62,222 bases of DNA from an uncultured Gammaproteobacteria bacterium (GCA_964532385.1 CAZHHW010000005.1:1-62222), one strand, 5' to 3'; numbered from the stretch's first letter, positions 28,373 to 39,674 are shown. Numbers and translations are program-made. The notes: a model not told the origin generated them from the sequence alone.

Positions 28373-28503
28373 TAAAACGAGGGTGACGTTTTAACGAGGA
28401 TATTTTTTAAAGACGAAACGGGTTTTACCGATAAATGAGCCGTTGAATCCAACTAAGTGATTCGCATCCAGTACGGGCCACGACAATAAATTGGGATCAA
28501 AAC

Positions 28504-29343
28504 ATGAACAAATCCCCGCGCGCCTGGTTTAGGCAGGGTTTATTGTGGGCCGGGTTATGGTTTTCGTTCATACCGGGCGCGGTCTATGCTGATCTCATTC
28601 TGTCTGCGCCGCCGCGTGAAAGTGCCGAACAAGGCAAACGCATGTATGAGCCGCTCGCCCAATATATCGGCGACCTGGTGGGCGAACCGGTGACCTACGC
28701 GCAGCCGCTCGACTGGCTGCAATACGCTTCTGAAATGCGCAGCGGGAAATACGACATCGTATTCGACGGCCCGCATTTCGCTGCGTGGCGGATCAAACAT
28801 CTGAACCACACGCCCCTGGTTAAATTGCCTGGAACGCTGGATTTTGTCGTTATTGCGCGCTGGGGCGACAAGCGCATCAATAAATTGCGCGATCTGGTCG
28901 CCTTGCCGGTGTGCGGGTTGCCGTCGCCTAATTTGGGCACCACGATGGTGATGGCGCAATTTGTTAATCCGGTCACGCAACCCGACATCCATGAGGCCAA
29001 GGGAGGATTCGACGATGTGGTGGCTACGTTTGCTTCCGGTAAATGCCGTGCCGCAATTATTCGGGATTCGGTGTTTAAAAAACTGAACGACATTGATAAA
29101 AAGCAATTTAAAGTCATATTCAAAAGTCCATCGTTTCCAAATCAAACCGTCACCGTGAGTGATCGCATCCAGCCGAAGTTGTACGCAAAATTAATTGCCG
29201 GATTGACAGTAAAGAAAGGCTTCGCCCCAGGGGAGAACCTGTTTGCGGAGCTGAGCAAAAATGCCCGCTTCTTTATCCCCGCTCAGAGCGCTGAGTACAA
29301 AGGCATGGAAACATTGCTGGAAGGCGTGGTGTGGGGTTGGTGA
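28504..29343 (+). CDS. Periplasmic substrate-binding protein, PhnD/phosphonate-ABC-like family (orphan)
   Basis: Signal peptide, then ILSAPPRES....Y.PLAQYI, YDIVFDGPHF pattern typical of PhnD-like SBPs. Confidence 0.6.
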   Translation: MNKSPRAWFRQGLLWAGLWFSFIPGAVYADLILSAPPRESAEQGKRMYEPLAQYIGDLVGEPVTYAQPLDWLQYASEMRSGKYDIVFDGPHFAAWRIKHLNHTPLVKLPGTLDFVVIARWGDKRINKLRDLVALPVCGLPSPNLGTTMVMAQFVNPVTQPDIHEAKGGFDDVVATFASGKCRAAIIRDSVFKKLNDIDKKQFKVIFKSPSFPNQTVTVSDRIQPKLYAKLIAGLTVKKGFAPGENLFAELSKNARFFIPAQSAEYKGMETLLEGVVWGW

Positions 29344-29439
29344 GTACTGCGGAAAATTTTGGGTATATAATGCGCCCCCAAGATTTTTCAATGACTGCGC
29401 TAACGCGGCCGACAGCTAACAGTATTCTAGGAGTGAGCA

Positions 29440-29988
29440 ATGAATCTGGACCGTGTTACATCCGGTAAAGACATACCGCATGACATTAACGTCATCATCG
29501 AAATTCCCGCGCATAGCGATCCAATCAAATACGAAGTCGACAAGCTCACAGGTGCCATGTTCGTTGACCGCTTCATGGCCACGGCCATGCACTATCCGGT
29601 GAATTATGGCTATGTTCCGCACACCTTGTCGGAAGACGGGGACCCGGTCGATGTGCTGGTGGTCACTCCATTCCCGCTGCGTACCGGTATTGTGATCCGT
29701 TGCCGTCCCGTGGGCATGCTGAATATGACGGACGAATCCGGCGTGGACGCGAAAATTATCGCCGTGCCGGTAAAAAAGCTCACATCCTTGTATGACCGGG
29801 TCAATACCTATTTGGATTTACCGCAGCAGCTTCTTGACCAGGTGGCGCACTTTTTCGAACATTACAAAGACCTGGAACCTGGTAAATGGGTCAAGGTGGA
29901 AAGCTGGGTCGGTGCGGAAGATGCGAAAGCGGAAATCCTCGCCGGCCTCAAGCGTTACGAAGCCTTGCCGGAAAAACCCTACTTCTAA
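29440..29988 (+). CDS. ppa: Inorganic pyrophosphatase (family I)
   Basis: [37 protein letters not shown]; AGGAG before the ATG. Confidence 0.93.
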   Translation: MNLDRVTSGKDIPHDINVIIEIPAHSDPIKYEVDKLTGAMFVDRFMATAMHYPVNYGYVPHTLSEDGDPVDVLVVTPFPLRTGIVIRCRPVGMLNMTDESGVDAKIIAVPVKKLTSLYDRVNTYLDLPQQLLDQVAHFFEHYKDLEPGKWVKVESWVGAEDAKAEILAGLKRYEALPEKPYF

Positions 29989-30218
29989 CCTCCTGTCACC
30001 GGCGGAAAAAAAGCCACTTCGTCGCCGTCGCTCACGCGGTCTTCGAGCTTTGCATATTCCATGTTCACTGCCATCAGCACGTTGGGCGGAAGTTCCGCGT
30101 CGCGTGTGGCGACACGCCAGACGTCGGCGACGGTTGCAACATCCTGGGCGGAAATTTCGTCCTGCGCGCGCGCCAGGCGTTCGCGCAGACTTGCGAAGTA
30201 TTTTACGGTAATGGTCAT
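29985..30218 (-). CDS. moaD: Molybdopterin synthase sulfur-carrier subunit
   Basis: 77 aa, [13 protein letters not shown]..., ends FFPPVTGG. Confidence 0.88.
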   Translation of the reverse strand: MTITVKYFASLRERLARAQDEISAQDVATVADVWRVATRDAELPPNVLMAVNMEYAKLEDRVSDGDEVAFFPPVTGG

Positions 30219-30313
30219 GGCTCTCGTCCAGTTTTGGGCTAGTAGCTAATTTTCCAGCGCACAGTTGAACGCCTATACTTACCGGGACAGCCCCAATATA
30301 CAAGGATCACAGT

Positions 30314-30790
30314 GTGCCTGATCTAACCCATTTTAACAGTGCAGGCGACGCGCACATGGTGGATGTCGGCGCCAAACCTGAAACCGAACGGCGCGCGGTC
30401 GCGCAGGGCCGTATCGTAATGCAAGCCGACACCCTCAAGCGCATTCTTGCCGGCACCCAAGCGAAAGGCGATGTGTTGGGGATTGCCCGCATCGCCGGCA
30501 TCATGGCCGCAAAAAAAACCGCCGATTTAATTCCGCTGTGCCATCCCATTCCACTGACGCGCGTGCAGATCGATTTTACGGCGCAACCGGACGAATCCGC
30601 GATCTTATGTCTGGCCAGCGCCGAAACCTGCGGCCGCACCGGCGTGGAAATGGAAGCCCTCGCGGCCGTGAATATCGCGCTGTTGACGATCTACGACATG
30701 TGCAAGGCCGTGGACCGCGGCATGACCATGCAGGATATTGGTCTGCTGGAAAAATCCGGCGGCAAGTCTGGCACATGGCGGCGCGGCTAG
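30314..30790 (+). CDS. moaC: Cyclic pyranopterin monophosphate synthase
   Basis: [52 protein letters not shown]. Confidence 0.92.
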   Translation: MPDLTHFNSAGDAHMVDVGAKPETERRAVAQGRIVMQADTLKRILAGTQAKGDVLGIARIAGIMAAKKTADLIPLCHPIPLTRVQIDFTAQPDESAILCLASAETCGRTGVEMEALAAVNIALLTIYDMCKAVDRGMTMQDIGLLEKSGGKSGTWRRG

Positions 30791-30842
30791 CGCATACCCG
30801 CACCGGTCGATTGTTGCCTTAAGGTGAGCCAGGTAAGTCACA

Positions 30843-31763
30843 GTGCATTCACACCACGATCACCACCACCATCATCATGCCCACCCGAAATCAGGCGGAG
30901 GTTCGCTCGCTTGGGCGCTAATCTTGACATTTGGCTTTGCCATCGTGGAAGCGCTCACGGGATGGTGGTCCGGTTCCCTGGCCTTGCTGGGCGATGCGGG
31001 CCACATGGTGTCGGACAGCACCGCATTGGGATTGGCGTTGCTGGCGGCCTGGATCGCGCATCGCCCTCCTTCGGCCAAACACACGTACGGTCTTGGCCGG
31101 CTCGAAACGCTGACCGCGTTCGCCAATAGCGTATTGATGATCGCGATCGTCGCCGCCATCGTGGTCTCGGCGATCGGACGTCTGCAATATCCGCAACCGG
31201 TGCAGGGCGGCGCGGTCATGGGCGTTGCGAGTCTGGGGTTGCTGATTAATATCGCGGTGTTGTTCGTGCTCAGACGCGGCGAGCAGACCTTGAATACCCG
31301 CGGTGCGTTATTGCATGTCATGGGCGACATGCTGGGATCGCTTGCGGCCATCGTGTCGGGAGCGGTTATTTTCTATACCGGCTGGCTGCCGATCGACCCG
31401 ATCCTGTCGATGGTGATTTGCGCCTTGATTCTGGTTTCCAGCATCAACTTGCTGCGCGAGTCGTTGCACGTGATTCTCGAAGGCGTGCCCGATCACCTGC
31501 TGTTGCGCGATGTCGGTGTGGCGATGGCCAGGGTGCCGGGTGTTGTCTCGGTGCACGACCTGCACATCTGGACCATGGGTAACGGTCAGCCGGGCTTGTC
31601 GGCGCATATGATTGTTCGCGACATGATGCAGTGGCCGGAGATTCTGGTGCAGCAACGGCAAGTATTGGCGGACAACTACCGCATCACGCATGTCACTCTG
31701 CAACCGGAATTGATCGCCCATACCCAGCCGCTGGTGCAGATGAGCGGCGAACGGCATTCTTGA
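30843..31763 (+). CDS. Cation diffusion facilitator family metal efflux transporter (CzcD/ZitB-like)
   Basis: His-rich N-terminus HSHHDHHHHHHAH, six TM helices, HMVSD and HVMGD metal-site motifs, C-terminal cytoplasmic domain. Confidence 0.88.
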   Translation: MHSHHDHHHHHHAHPKSGGGSLAWALILTFGFAIVEALTGWWSGSLALLGDAGHMVSDSTALGLALLAAWIAHRPPSAKHTYGLGRLETLTAFANSVLMIAIVAAIVVSAIGRLQYPQPVQGGAVMGVASLGLLINIAVLFVLRRGEQTLNTRGALLHVMGDMLGSLAAIVSGAVIFYTGWLPIDPILSMVICALILVSSINLLRESLHVILEGVPDHLLLRDVGVAMARVPGVVSVHDLHIWTMGNGQPGLSAHMIVRDMMQWPEILVQQRQVLADNYRITHVTLQPELIAHTQPLVQMSGERHS

Positions 31764-31853
31764 TGGAGCCCGTGAATCCGGCGGTAGTTAACACCCCGGG
31801 AACGCCGGAGCAGCGCTTCGATCCAACAGTATTCATACCCGGGTATCGCACCG

Positions 31854-32783
31854 ATGGGCACTATTTACATTGGGATCTCAGGATGGCGTTACGCGCCGTG
31901 GCGCGGCGTGTTTTATCCCCAAGGCCTGACTCAAAAGCGCGAGCTGGAATACGCGGCGCGCGCCTTGCCGACGATTGAAATCAACGGCTCCTTCTATGCG
32001 CTGCAACGTCCGGAAAGTTACGCGGCGTGGTATGACGCAACCCCGCCGGGCTTTATTTTCAGTGTTAAAGGCAACCGCTACATCACCCACATCCTGCGGC
32101 TGCGGGATATAGAAAAACCGCTCGCCAATGTGTTTGCGTCCGGGGTATTCAACTTGCGCGAAAAATTGGGGCCGTGTTTATGGCAATTTCCACCCAGCTT
32201 TGCGTATCACCCGGAACGTGTCGAACATTTCCTGAGTTTGTTACCGCACGACACGCAAACCGCCTTGGAGTTTGCACGTAAGCGCGAGCCCCATATGAAA
32301 GGCCGCAGCCGGCTTGCGATCGACACGAATCGCAAACTGCGTCATGCGATGGAAATCCGTCATCACAGTTTTGTCGATGCGTCCTTCGTGGCGCTGCTGC
32401 GCAAATATCAGGTCGCCTTGGTGGTGGCGGATACCGCCGGGAAATGGCCGTATCGAGAGGACGTGACGGCGGACTTTATGTATTTGCGCTTGCACGGCGA
32501 GGAAGAGCTCTACGCCAGTGGTTATACCGAAGCCGCGCTGGATCGCTGGGCGGCACGCATTCGCACCTGGAGTGCGGGCGGCGAACCGGACGATGCCCGA
32601 CATATCTCGAGTGTGCCTGTGCCGCAACGCGCGCGTCGCGATGTGTACTGTTACTTCGATAATGACGTAAAAGTAAAAGCGCCGTTCGACGCCCGGCGCT
32701 TGCTTGAGAAACTTGGGCTGGGCAAGAATTTACAGCCCTTCATGGAGCAAGCCCGGCTGCCCCTACCCAATGACCTTCAATGA
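31854..32783 (+). CDS. DUF72 (YecE-like) protein
   Basis: [32 protein letters not shown] pattern typical of DUF72. Confidence 0.8.
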   Translation: MGTIYIGISGWRYAPWRGVFYPQGLTQKRELEYAARALPTIEINGSFYALQRPESYAAWYDATPPGFIFSVKGNRYITHILRLRDIEKPLANVFASGVFNLREKLGPCLWQFPPSFAYHPERVEHFLSLLPHDTQTALEFARKREPHMKGRSRLAIDTNRKLRHAMEIRHHSFVDASFVALLRKYQVALVVADTAGKWPYREDVTADFMYLRLHGEEELYASGYTEAALDRWAARIRTWSAGGEPDDARHISSVPVPQRARRDVYCYFDNDVKVKAPFDARRLLEKLGLGKNLQPFMEQARLPLPNDLQ

Positions 32784-32799
32784 CGTTAACCTTCCCGCC

Positions 32800-33630
32800 A
32801 TGCTTCTGAAATTTACAAAAATGCACGGCTTGTGCAACGACTTCGTCGTGATCGACGCGGTGCGTCAAGACGTGACGCTCAATGCCGCGCAAATTCGTTT
32901 TCTGGCGGATCGCCATTTTGGCGTGGGCTGTGATCAGGTGCTGCTGGTCGAGCCGCCGCAAAGTCAGGACGCCGAATTTCGCTACCGTATTTTTAACGCC
33001 GACGGCGGCGAGGTTGAGCAGTGCGGTAATGGCGCGCGCTGCTTCGCGCTGTTTGTGCGTGCACAGGGGCTCAGCGATGAAGATACCCTCGTGGTGGAAA
33101 CCAAGGCTGGGTTGATCCGCCTGACCATCGAACCCGATGGCCAAGTTACGGTGAATATGGGCGTGCCCTGTTTCGCCCCGCCCGACATCCCTTTTACAGC
33201 TGAGCGCGAAGCGATGTTCTATGCTTTGCAGGTGGAGGGCGCGTCAGTGCAAATCGGTGCGGTATCGATGGGCAACCCGCACGCGATCCTCGTCGTGGAC
33301 GACGTGCAGACGGCTCCGGTCTCGACAATGGGCGCGTTGATCGAGCGTCACCCGCGCTTCTCCAGGCGGGTAAATGTGGGATTCATGCGCATCGTGAATG
33401 AGCGTCATATCCAGTTGCGCGTGTTCGAGCGCGGCGTGGGAGAAACCCTGGCCTGCGGCACAGGTGCTTGCGCGGCGATGGCGGTGGGCAGGCGGCGCGG
33501 TGTGCTTGCCGAACAGGTGCAGGTGGATTTACCGGGCGGTAGTTTAAACATTGCATGGCAGGGCGGCGACAGTCCGGTGTGGATGACGGGCCCCGCAACA
33601 ACGGTATTTGCAGGAGAGATCGACCTATGA
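32800..33630 (+). CDS. dapF: Diaminopimelate epimerase
   Basis: [16 protein letters not shown], active-site QCGNGARC and ACGTGACA. Alternative start at 32770. Confidence 0.92.
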   Translation: MLLKFTKMHGLCNDFVVIDAVRQDVTLNAAQIRFLADRHFGVGCDQVLLVEPPQSQDAEFRYRIFNADGGEVEQCGNGARCFALFVRAQGLSDEDTLVVETKAGLIRLTIEPDGQVTVNMGVPCFAPPDIPFTAEREAMFYALQVEGASVQIGAVSMGNPHAILVVDDVQTAPVSTMGALIERHPRFSRRVNVGFMRIVNERHIQLRVFERGVGETLACGTGACAAMAVGRRRGVLAEQVQVDLPGGSLNIAWQGGDSPVWMTGPATTVFAGEIDL

Positions 33631-34322
33631 GTTCGACACAGCAAGAGTTACCCCGCATTTCTGAAACGGACGTGATGAGTTTCTTGCAGTTAAATCCGGA
33701 TTTTTTTGACGCGAATCCCCAGGCGCTTGCCGATATCAAGCTGCAACACGACAGCGGCAAGGCGGTCTCGCTGATTGAGCGGCAAGTCACGGTGCTGCGC
33801 GAGCAGCGCAAGAAACTCAAACGCCAGTTGCAGGATCTGATCGACATCGCGCGCCAGAACGACGACCTGAACCGGCGGCTGCATCAGCTCACCTTGCGCT
33901 TGATCAATTGCCGCCGCTTGAGCGAGGTACTGGATACGCTCAAGCACCATTTGCAACGCGACTTCAACGCCGACGCTGTGACCTTGCGGTTGCGCGCCAT
34001 TCCAAACCGTCCCGATCTTGCCGCGTTCGCGGAGTTCAACGCCGATGCTGAAACGATATTCGACGGTTTCACGCGCCTGGTGAATGAGCAGAAACCGGTC
34101 TGCGGCCGTTTCCGGCCCGAGCAAATGCGTCAGCTCTTTCCCGCCAGCACGGTCAACCTCGGCTCGGCGGCGTTGATTCCGCTGCATGATCTGCCGGTGT
34201 TCGGCATGCTGGCCGTGGGCGCGTTGGATGCGCAGCGGTTTCATCCTGAACAGGGCACGGTCTTCCTCGCCCAATTGGGCGAGCTGGTCAGCCATGTGCT
34301 GCGCGGTTGTCTGGCGGAATGA
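33627..34322 (+). CDS. DUF484 (YigA-like) protein
   Basis: Lies between dapF and xerC as in many gammaproteobacteria. [26 protein letters not shown] overlap with the dapF stop. Confidence 0.8.
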   Translation: MSSTQQELPRISETDVMSFLQLNPDFFDANPQALADIKLQHDSGKAVSLIERQVTVLREQRKKLKRQLQDLIDIARQNDDLNRRLHQLTLRLINCRRLSEVLDTLKHHLQRDFNADAVTLRLRAIPNRPDLAAFAEFNADAETIFDGFTRLVNEQKPVCGRFRPEQMRQLFPASTVNLGSAALIPLHDLPVFGMLAVGALDAQRFHPEQGTVFLAQLGELVSHVLRGCLAE

Positions 34323-34329
34323 CGACGCG

Positions 34330-35265
34330 ATGCTGAATAGTCGGCACGCAGTGATGCAACCGGCCGCGCTGGAGTGGGTGAGCCGTTATGTCGCGCACTT
34401 GCGCGACGAACGCCGCATGTCGCCGCATACCGTGGCCAGTTATGAGCGCGACTTGCAGCGCGTGATGGAATTTTGCGCCACGAAAAATGTGCCCGGCTGG
34501 GATGAGCTTAACGCGCACGCCGTGCGCGGCTATGCCAGTTGGCGCCACCGCACCGGCATCGGCGGGCGCAGCATTCAGCGTGAATTATCGGCGCTGCGCA
34601 TGTTCTATAAATACCTCGGCCGGGAAAATATCACGCTCAGCAACCCGGCTTTGGGCGTGCGCGCGCCCAAAGCCACGCGCCTGTTGCCCCAAGTGCTTGA
34701 TGCCGATCAGGTCAGCCGGTTGCTGCTGATCGATCCCGCCAACCTGCTGGCGGTACGCGATTACGCCATGATGGAGCTCATGTATTCATCCGGCCTGCGT
34801 CTGGCCGAGCTGGTGGGTCTTGACATCAATGATCTGGACTTGAAGGACGCGACGGTGCGGGTGACCGGCAAGGGTTCCAAAGGGCGCATGGTACCGGTGG
34901 GCCGTAAAGCCCTCGGCGCCTTGCAGGACTGGTTGACGCGCCGCGGTTGCCTGGTATCCGGCAATGATCCCGCCGTATTCGTCAGCAATCGCGGCAAACG
35001 TATTTCACCGCGCGCGGTGCAATTGCGGCTGCGCGCATGGGGCGTCAAACAGGGTATCCACAGCCCTTTGCACCCGCACAAGCTGCGCCATTCGTTTGCC
35101 AGTCATCTGCTGGAATCCAGCGGCAATCTGCGCGCCGTGCAAGAACTGCTCGGTCACGCCGATATTTCCACGACCCAGGTGTATACCCATCTCGACTTTC
35201 AACATCTCGCCAAGGTTTACGATCAGGCGCATCCGCGCGCGAAGAAAAAAGCTAAGGGTTTGTAA
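34330..35265 (+). CDS. xerC: Tyrosine recombinase XerC
   Basis: MSPHTVASYERDL, LRLAELVGL, HKLRHSFASHLL, LGHADISTTQVYTHL (R-H-R-Y set). Confidence 0.9.
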   Translation: MLNSRHAVMQPAALEWVSRYVAHLRDERRMSPHTVASYERDLQRVMEFCATKNVPGWDELNAHAVRGYASWRHRTGIGGRSIQRELSALRMFYKYLGRENITLSNPALGVRAPKATRLLPQVLDADQVSRLLLIDPANLLAVRDYAMMELMYSSGLRLAELVGLDINDLDLKDATVRVTGKGSKGRMVPVGRKALGALQDWLTRRGCLVSGNDPAVFVSNRGKRISPRAVQLRLRAWGVKQGIHSPLHPHKLRHSFASHLLESSGNLRAVQELLGHADISTTQVYTHLDFQHLAKVYDQAHPRAKKKAKGL

Positions 35266-35328
35266 ACTACCCGCTGCTCTTGCACCTCAATGTGCGCGGG
35301 ATGGACGTTGGTCTGGCCTGTCAATGAT

Positions 35329-35838
35329 CTACACAACCTCCTTTACAACCTTCCATTGCTCCAGCTTCTGGTCCTGAGCCATACCCGCATGCGCGGGACT
35401 GGTCGACGGCAGCCGCAGATAATGCAGCGGTGCATAACCGTTGCATAACGCGGGCAGCACATGTTTTTTATACGCCGCTTCGGCTTTTGCACCGTTGAAA
35501 AATACAAAGCGCAGCTGCGGATGCAGGGCATAGAACGCGGCGAAATCATTGGCGATGATGGACGCTTCCTGGATGTTCGAATCCAGGCTGCCGCGGCGTT
35601 CGCAACACTTCAGCACATCCCATAAGGCGACGTGTTTTGAACGCAGTATTTGCAACCGCTGCGGATAATCAAGCTGTGGCACGGCACCGAAGAGTGCTCC
35701 CATGATGGGCCAAAATGCATTGCGTGGATGTGCGTAGTATTCGGCGCGTTTAAGCGACAGTTCGCCCGGCATTGAGCCGAGCACCAGCGCTTTCGCATCG
35801 GGCCGGCACACCGGTTCGAAACTGTGGATCACCGTCAT
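35329..35838 (-). CDS. DNA-deoxyinosine (hypoxanthine) glycosylase, UDG family 6
   Basis: LVLGSMPGELSL...EYYAHPRNAFW, PSTSPA motif. Confidence 0.75.
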   Translation of the reverse strand: MTVIHSFEPVCRPDAKALVLGSMPGELSLKRAEYYAHPRNAFWPIMGALFGAVPQLDYPQRLQILRSKHVALWDVLKCCERRGSLDSNIQEASIIANDFAAFYALHPQLRFVFFNGAKAEAAYKKHVLPALCNGYAPLHYLRLPSTSPAHAGMAQDQKLEQWKVVKEVV

Positions 35839-35853
35839 GGCCGCGCCGCCGAG

Positions 35854-36399
35854 TCAGGTTCGCAGGATTTCGGTCGGCTTGCCGTCCAGGCTGAGTTGAT
35901 TTTTTTCTTCCCAATATTGCCGAACGCCTTGCGGGCCTTTTTTTTCGGCCCACTTTTCCAATTGATCGCGCTGCGCTTTAAAGTCAAGAAAAGGCACGCC
36001 CATGCCGCAGGAGGTTTGCACCAGATCGATCGTAACGTCCACGATCTGGCGCGACCCGCGCATCTCCGGAAAAAGCGGCAGCAGCGTATTCCATTCTGCA
36101 TCGCGCGGGTGCAGCGCGCGACCTTGGCCGTACAAGCGCAGGATCAAGGGATCGCCTTCGAACGCGCAGAACATCAGCGTAATGCGCGGCTGCTCGCGCA
36201 GATGCGCGGCGGTTTCGTTGCCGCTGCCGGTGAGATTGAGCCACAGCACGCGGTCGGGCGCGGCCACGCGCAGCGTATCCATGCCTTTGGGCGACACATT
36301 CACGCGCCCGTCAGCCGCGGCGGTGCCGACGAAAAACATTTTCTGCCGGTTAATGAAGTCGGTCAGATGCTCGGTCAACTGTGTGTACTGTTTGCCCAT
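35854..36399 (-). CDS. Pyridoxamine 5'-phosphate oxidase-family (FMN-binding split barrel) protein
   Basis: FFVGTAAADGRVNVSPKG..., NLTGSGNETAAHL pattern. Confidence 0.7.
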   Translation of the reverse strand: MGKQYTQLTEHLTDFINRQKMFFVGTAAADGRVNVSPKGMDTLRVAAPDRVLWLNLTGSGNETAAHLREQPRITLMFCAFEGDPLILRLYGQGRALHPRDAEWNTLLPLFPEMRGSRQIVDVTIDLVQTSCGMGVPFLDFKAQRDQLEKWAEKKGPQGVRQYWEEKNQLSLDGKPTEILRT

Positions 36400-36493
36400 G
36401 GGTAGTTACCTGCTGCGGAAGAGCTCCACATAAATCATATAACACGCGCGACATTCCAGAAATCACGGTAAGGCCGTGCGACGGGAGAACGAA

Positions 36494-37396
36494 TCAGTTA
36501 GCGGGTTTCGCAGTGGGTTGTGGCGTCGGCGCGCTGTCGCTCGCGGGCTTGAGCGTGAACAGGCGCTGACGTATTTCGGAAGTGAACTGGTACATCACGC
36601 CGGCGTCTTTGCGGCCCAGGAGCAAGTCGTTGTCCTTGCTGCTCATCACATCGAATGACAGCGGTGGTGTGGTGCCGGAAAAATTTAGGGTGACATGCTC
36701 GCCGGTGGGCGTGCCGTTGTAGGCGCTGACTTGCAAGGCTTGCGCATGGCGCCACTCGTCGACAAATTTGTTGATGTCGTCGGTGGCAAGGTTGGCGACC
36801 GCCGGAGTTGTAATCCACTTGCCGCTGCTGTCCTTGTCGCGCTGCACGGTCAGCTGCGGGAGTTTAATTTCGGTCAGTTCCTGCGCATGTTCGGGCAGCA
36901 AGGCGGTGCTGACGAATCCGGCCGCATCGCCATTGGCGCGCAGGAAAACCTCGTCGGCGATCAGATGAATAGTGTCGCCCACGCGCACATAACGGCGGCT
37001 GTCGAGCGGGTTCACGCCGCCGAACTCAATCAGTTGGCCGTCCAGCGTCAGTTTGATTTTGGGCGTATCGAGTTCATATTGTTTGAGATCACGACCCGCT
37101 TGCGGGAAGCGCGCATGGCTGGTTGCTTGCGCCGCGTGGGTAATTCCCGAGACCCGGAATTCATTGGCCTGCAACTGCAATGGCTGGGTGATGCGCCATC
37201 CGCCGGCTTGTTTTTCGAATACCAAGGTGTCGCGGCCGGTGCGTTCGATGGTCACGTGCTCGATTTTATCAGCCGGCAAAGACGTGAGTTTGGGCAGTTC
37301 AGGGGCCTTGGCTTTACCAGGTTCGAAAATCACCAGCAGCGCCAGCACGATGATGACGGCGGCGAGGGAAAGATTAAGGAGCAGGCGTTTGTCCAT
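36494..37396 (-). CDS. DUF4340-like protein (accessory to the GldG-type ABC system)
   Basis: N-terminal TM MDKRLLLNLSLAAVIIVLALLVIF. Sits directly downstream of the GldG-like gene, as is typical for DUF4340. Confidence 0.6.
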   Translation of the reverse strand: MDKRLLLNLSLAAVIIVLALLVIFEPGKAKAPELPKLTSLPADKIEHVTIERTGRDTLVFEKQAGGWRITQPLQLQANEFRVSGITHAAQATSHARFPQAGRDLKQYELDTPKIKLTLDGQLIEFGGVNPLDSRRYVRVGDTIHLIADEVFLRANGDAAGFVSTALLPEHAQELTEIKLPQLTVQRDKDSSGKWITTPAVANLATDDINKFVDEWRHAQALQVSAYNGTPTGEHVTLNFSGTTPPLSFDVMSSKDNDLLLGRKDAGVMYQFTSEIRQRLFTLKPASDSAPTPQPTAKPAN

Positions 37397-37528
37397 GGTG
37401 GCATCGTCTTTAAAGGTAGTGAGACAAGGTAACGGGAAAATTTCTTCCCCCCGCAAGGGGAAAGGAGTGCTTCACGTCAAGCCGTAGCTACAGTTTTGAG
37501 TTTCAATAGCTGCATGACAACATCAGGA

Positions 37529-38899
37529 TCACCGCTTCCGCCGTTTCATCCAGATCATCACGCCGCTGCCGACCAGCAACGCGGGCAGCAACAGCAGGAA
37601 GCCAAAGCCGATCACGATCTGCACGGGTTTCGACAACTCCAGAGTGCGATCCAATGCGGTTTTCGCCGGGACCGACACCAGGGTGTCGTCGTGGCTTAGC
37701 CAGTTGAGCATGTTCATGCCCAAATCCAGATTTCCGCCATTTCCCAAAAAACTGTTGGAAATGAAATCGCCGTCGCCGACCACAATCACGCGTTGTTCAT
37801 GCTTATTAGCGGAGTTTTCCGGAGCAGGATTTTTCAGTTCGCGGTTCATGGCAACGGCCACGGTGAGTGGGCCGGGCATGTCTTTGCCTTTATCGAAAGC
37901 GATATCGCCGCTCAATTTTCCGGTTTCCGACCAGGTGCGTGCGACAGTTTGCAGAATCGGTTCGCCTTCCCAGCCTTCCGGTTTTTTGAAGTCAATACCC
38001 GCAGCTTGCGGGAACAGGGTCATGGATTTGAAGCCGCGCGTGACCGGATGAAATGAATATTCCGCGACGATGGCGAAACGCGGATCATTGATGCCGAACA
38101 ATTGCGTGGTCGGATCCACGATCACGCCGGGATAAAATTCGATGCCCAGCATTTCGGCCAGGGGTTGCAGACCATGCAACGATCCCGGATCGGCCAGCCA
38201 TAATACGTCGCCGCCGTGTTCAATGTAGTCGCGCAGAATTTTCACTTCGCCGGGCAAATAGTCAACCTGCGGCCCGGCGATGACCAGCACGCTGGTGTTG
38301 TTCGGTATCGCCGGGGTGTTGGCCAGGTTGACCGATTGTACTTTTATGCCCTTGCCGGTGAGTTGGCGTACCCAGCCGCTTAAATCATGATTGGCCGCGC
38401 CTTGCGCTGCCCGCTCGCCGTGGCCTTCCAGAAAAACCAGCCAGCGATCGCCGGACCGTACCAGACGTTGCAGCGTATTGGTCAGGGTTTGTTCGTTAAA
38501 TTCCTTCACATGCTCGGAGCGCCCGGCGTAGGTGAAAATCAGTTCGCCATTCAAAGTGATGTTGAGCTGGCGTACCAGTTCTGGATCGGTTTCGGGATTG
38601 ACGAAACTCAATTGCAGATCAGGTTTGACGCGCTGATAGCGTTTGATCAGATCGGTGATGCCGCGGCGGATATTCTCGTCTTCGCTGGCATAGGCGGTGA
38701 CCGTGACCGGACCTTCAATGACTTTCAGCGCGGCGATGCTGGCTTCGGATAACGAGTTGCGCTGGTTGGCGGTCCAGTCCGCTTCGAAGGTATAACGCGT
38801 CGACAACCAGGCGAGCAAGCCGATCGCGCCCAGAAACAGCAGCACGAACGAGGTGGTTTGCCAGCGGATTTGAAACCGGGATTTTTTGGTGACTAACAT
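37529..38899 (-). CDS. GldG-like ABC transporter auxiliary protein
   Basis: N- and C-terminal TM anchors, large periplasmic domain, FLEGHGE motif. Lies downstream of the ABC-2 permease. Confidence 0.75.
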   Translation of the reverse strand: MLVTKKSRFQIRWQTTSFVLLFLGAIGLLAWLSTRYTFEADWTANQRNSLSEASIAALKVIEGPVTVTAYASEDENIRRGITDLIKRYQRVKPDLQLSFVNPETDPELVRQLNITLNGELIFTYAGRSEHVKEFNEQTLTNTLQRLVRSGDRWLVFLEGHGERAAQGAANHDLSGWVRQLTGKGIKVQSVNLANTPAIPNNTSVLVIAGPQVDYLPGEVKILRDYIEHGGDVLWLADPGSLHGLQPLAEMLGIEFYPGVIVDPTTQLFGINDPRFAIVAEYSFHPVTRGFKSMTLFPQAAGIDFKKPEGWEGEPILQTVARTWSETGKLSGDIAFDKGKDMPGPLTVAVAMNRELKNPAPENSANKHEQRVIVVGDGDFISNSFLGNGGNLDLGMNMLNWLSHDDTLVSVPAKTALDRTLELSKPVQIVIGFGFLLLLPALLVGSGVMIWMKRRKR

Positions 38900-38912
38900 T
38901 GAAGCGAGTTCC

Positions 38913-39674
38913 TCAGTGCTGCAAACGGTAAGAGTCGAGCCGCCGGATGCTCAACACGATGAAGGTGCCGATGAACAGCAGGTAGTACACCACGTCGACA
39001 CTTTTGAATGCGCCTTTGAGCAGCGGTTGGTAGTGGCGCAGGATCGACAAATAAGCCAGTACGCTGCCGCCTTTATCGCCGCCGGTGGTCGCGGCCGCAT
39101 CCAGAATCCACAGCAGCAGCAACACGCCGAACGTGCTGATGGCCGCCACGGTGGGTTGCGCGGTCAGCGACGACATGAACAAACCGATCGCGGCGATGCT
39201 CGCGAGCAGCAGGCCCAGGCCCATGAACCCCGACAACACCATGCCGGTGTCGAGCGAGGTGCCGGAGTACAACGACAACGGCATCAATGCGGTGAGCAGT
39301 AGAATCAGCATGAAGAAGCCGAGCATGCCCAGGTATTTGCCCAGAATAATTTCAGTCATCGACACCGGCGCGGAGAACAGCAGCGGCAAGGTTTGATTAC
39401 GCAGTTCTTCGCTGAGCAGGCGCATGGTGAGCATCGGAGCGATCAGCAACAGCACGATGCCCGCTGTGTCAAGCAGCGGCGCCACAACCGCTTCGGTGAC
39501 GCCGGGCGGATTTTCCATTTGCGCCAGTTGCGGCTGCGCCATCACGAATTGATCCAGCAGCAGTAAAAAGAAATACGCCATGACCAGCTGCACCACGGCG
39601 AGGATGGTCCACGCCAGCGGCGACAAAAACAGGCTGCGTAATTCACGTGCGGCGATGGTGATAATGCTGTTCAT
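38913..39674 (-). CDS. ABC-2 type transporter permease (GldF-like)
   Basis: MNSIITIAARELRSLFLSPLAW, six TM helices. ATGA overlap with the ATPase stop. Confidence 0.8.
   Translation of the reverse strand: MNSIITIAARELRSLFLSPLAWTILAVVQLVMAYFFLLLLDQFVMAQPQLAQMENPPGVTEAVVAPLLDTAGIVLLLIAPMLTMRLLSEELRNQTLPLLFSAPVSMTEIILGKYLGMLGFFMLILLLTALMPLSLYSGTSLDTGMVLSGFMGLGLLLASIAAIGLFMSSLTAQPTVAAISTFGVLLLLWILDAAATTGGDKGGSVLAYLSILRHYQPLLKGAFKSVDVVYYLLFIGTFIVLSIRRLDSYRLQH

Noticed and set aside
30219-30313. Possible Moco riboswitch in the divergent moaD-moaC spacer
   Set aside because: The spacer is only 95 nt, shorter than the ~140-nt Moco motif as I remember it, and I could not see its conserved stems. It more likely holds just two divergent promoters.
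34330-35265. Tyrosine recombinase as a marker of an integrated mobile element
   Set aside because: It sits in the conserved housekeeping context dapF-DUF484-xerC. The flanking genes are ordinary and GC-typical, and I saw no att-like repeats or dif-like site nearby.
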